Of a stretch of DNA of 64,000 nt, positions 62,495-64,000 are shown in pieces. How positions within the stretch are numbered: position 1 is the stretch's first letter; each line of letters begins with the position of its first letter. A program made the position numbers and the translations under genes. Under the pieces are notes generated by a model. The model saw only the letters and a list, made by a program, of their open reading frames with translations, had not been told where the DNA came from and did not search any database. The stretch is from an uncultured Planctomycetota bacterium (GTDB lineage Bacteria; Planctomycetota; UBA11346), in the NCBI GenBank assembly GCA_903902515.1, contig CAIUVD010000276.1, forward strand, positions 938 to 64,937, given 5' to 3'.

Positions 62495-63637
62495 ATGAGC
62501 ACCATGAAGCCGTCCCTGGTCCCCGGCCTCCTTCTGGCCCTGGCCGCCATCCTCCCGGCGGAGGACATCGCCAACCCCAGCCAGGAATACCTGGATCAAC
62601 GAGCCGAACTGGAGGCCATGACCGGGGCCCGGAACCTCGATCTCTACGAGGTCACCCTGGAGCCCGTGGCGTTCGATCGCTTGGTCATCCAGGATCGCCT
62701 CGGTGGCGCGACGTCCCACGGGTACTTGGCCTTCCGCATCCGCAATCAAATCGGTGCCACGTCAGCCCTGCCCATCAGTCAGTCCAAGGGCTATAACGAG
62801 GTTCTTGAGGCGATTGTTCGCCAATATGAACAGGCCCGGGTCAATAAAGAGCATGGGGTGGTCCTGTCGGTGGATGGCGTGGGGGGCAAGGATGGCATCA
62901 TCGTCGAACGCAGTGACGCCCAGGCGGGCACGCGGACCCTCGATCTTTCCTTCCAGCTGACCGATGAACATGGTTCCCGGCAGCGGGTTTTGGAAGATCC
63001 CTCCGCCCCCGGGGCCCAGGATTCTTTCTCCTTTCAAGACCAGGGCACCACGGTTCACGCTTCGGTCTCCTCCGTGGTTCGGGACCGGGTCGAGGAGCTG
63101 CTGGGTCGGCGCCTGTTGACCCTGGATGAGATCCGTACCCGCAGTCTGCCGCCCTATGACGCCGCCACGCGCACCGAAGAGGGCTGGGCGGCGGGCGAGG
63201 TCTGGGGTATCGCGGTCTTCCCGCAACTGCCCCGGGAGGGTCACCAGTATACCATCGATGTCCGGGGCTTGACCAACAAGTTCCGAATTCGTTGGACGCC
63301 CACCGAGGCGGGCAAGCCCGAGAACTACCTGACCACGGTGTTCTACCGCCGTACCTTCCGCCTGGAGTACACCGTCGCCGGTGACGAGTTCCACCGCCAG
63401 GAAGGCGCCATGACCCTGGCTAAGGCCGGGTGGCAGTGGCTGCCGACGTTCCAGCGCAGCGAACAGCGCCGGACCCAGGCCTTGGCCCGTTATTATCTCA
63501 ATAACATCATAGCCGAAAACGGCGAAGGCATGAATCACGAGGTCGGCAAGGCCGCCCTGGCCTGGTACGAAGCTTCCCGCCAGTCAGATCCTGCCCGGGC
63601 CGCCAAGCTGCCGGAAATCAAGGCCGAGGCCCCCTGA
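62495..63637 (+). CDS. Secreted protein of unknown function (380 aa)
   Basis: The signal peptide is MSTMKPSLVPGLLLALAAILPA. I recognised no family motif. Its stop overlaps the next start (TGATG). Confidence 0.6.
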   Translation: MSTMKPSLVPGLLLALAAILPAEDIANPSQEYLDQRAELEAMTGARNLDLYEVTLEPVAFDRLVIQDRLGGATSHGYLAFRIRNQIGATSALPISQSKGYNEVLEAIVRQYEQARVNKEHGVVLSVDGVGGKDGIIVERSDAQAGTRTLDLSFQLTDEHGSRQRVLEDPSAPGAQDSFSFQDQGTTVHASVSSVVRDRVEELLGRRLLTLDEIRTRSLPPYDAATRTEEGWAAGEVWGIAVFPQLPREGHQYTIDVRGLTNKFRIRWTPTEAGKPENYLTTVFYRRTFRLEYTVAGDEFHRQEGAMTLAKAGWQWLPTFQRSEQRRTQALARYYLNNIIAENGEGMNHEVGKAALAWYEASRQSDPARAAKLPEIKAEAP

Positions 63638-63912
63638 TGATCCGCCATCTGGATCCGGCGCTCCCGCCCTTGGCCATCGTTGCCGCCCTTGATGGCCCGG
63701 TCCGTCAACTGGTGATCGCCGTGCGTAGTCTGTACCAGGGTTCCTGGGAAGACTGCGCCGAAGACATCCGTCGTCGCCGAGCGGGCCGACCCTACCTCTT
63801 CCGGCTCGACCTGGGCCTCGAAGACGAGTTGGCCTGGATCCATCGTTTCATCACGTACGAGTCCGCCCGTGGCGAGTCCCTCGCTGCCCTGCCCCTGGAG
63901 AACCTCCGGTGA
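63637..63912 (+). CDS. Small cytoplasmic-looking protein of unknown function (91 aa)
   Basis: It is coupled on both sides, by TGATG upstream and GTGA downstream. It has no signal peptide and no recognised motif. Confidence 0.45.
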   Translation: MIRHLDPALPPLAIVAALDGPVRQLVIAVRSLYQGSWEDCAEDIRRRRAGRPYLFRLDLGLEDELAWIHRFITYESARGESLAALPLENLR

Positions 63913-64000
63913 GCCTGCGTCCCCTTTTCGTCGCTTCCGCCCTCGTGGCCCTCGTCCTTAGCGGCTGCAGTGCCACCCGTCGGGGTATCAGCGTCGATGA
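63909..64000 (+). CDS. Putative lipoprotein (N-terminal fragment; continues beyond the window)
   Basis: GTG 63909 overlaps the preceding stop. The translation (M)SLRPLFVASALVALVLSGCSATRRGISVD contains the lipobox LSGC. It is not in the ORF track because it runs off the edge. Confidence 0.45.
   Translation, partial: MSLRPLFVASALVALVLSGCSATRRGISVD

Noticed and set aside
1-64000. Mobile genetic elements, prophage, defence islands or CRISPR-Cas anywhere in the window
   Set aside because: I recognised no transposase, integrase, recombinase, phage structural, restriction-modification, Cas or toxin-antitoxin signatures in any frame. The SNF2 helicase has the common bacterial SNF2-associated N-terminal region and no adjacent defence-type partners, so I did not call it a defence system.

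Overview
This is a high-G+C bacterial chromosomal segment. Spot counts give about 65% G+C in housekeeping genes. I count about 55 protein-coding genes and recognised no rRNA, tRNA, CRISPR array, transposase or integrase. An H-X9-DG prepilin-like protein and the overall gene content suggest a PVC-superphylum organism (Verrucomicrobiota or Planctomycetota), but that is inference only. Layout: (i) 1-9041, minus strand, holds a type IV pilus-like envelope operon. It encodes a PilM-PilN fusion, a PilO-like protein, an unknown 582-aa protein, then two tandem paralogous secretins. The second secretin runs off the window and is missing from the ORF track. (ii) 9297-11966 is an SNF2 helicase. (iii) About 12.1-38.0 kb is a large glycan-utilisation locus with GH16, GH43+CBM6, GH42, GH5-like, GH95, GH78-like, two unassigned GH-like proteins and GH51. 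It also carries an MFS transporter, an aldo/keto reductase, a Gfo/Idh/MocA oxidoreductase, two AraC regulators, a DUF1559 pseudopilin-like protein and a chimeric gene remnant. (iv) LemA, kdsB and pyrG follow. (v) Next is a copper-delivery operon (cytochrome c, SCO1, PCuAC). (vi) An HTH + B12-binding-like regulator lies divergent from an operon of glutathione peroxidase, FAD oxidoreductase, DUF1365, CFA-synthase-type methylase, DUF2878-like protein, DUF1295 and a second CFA-type methyltransferase. This looks like a furan/cyclopropane fatty-acid, photo-oxidative-stress gene set. (vii) Then come GH2, ruvX-ybeY-prfC-hpt, bamA and marR-yceI. (viii) 61.1-64.0 kb is a translationally coupled cluster of uncharacterised envelope proteins. 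The most unusual non-genic signals are two intercistronic elements (49443-49573 and 55420-55529). Each has four tandem GGGG-containing heptads plus a complementary C-rich arm. Many long ORFs in the track are antisense shadows typical of high-GC DNA. Several track ORFs begin at upstream GTG/TTG codons, and I trimmed them to better-supported starts. ATGA/GTGA start-stop overlaps are frequent. All family assignments come from motif recognition by eye, not from searches.
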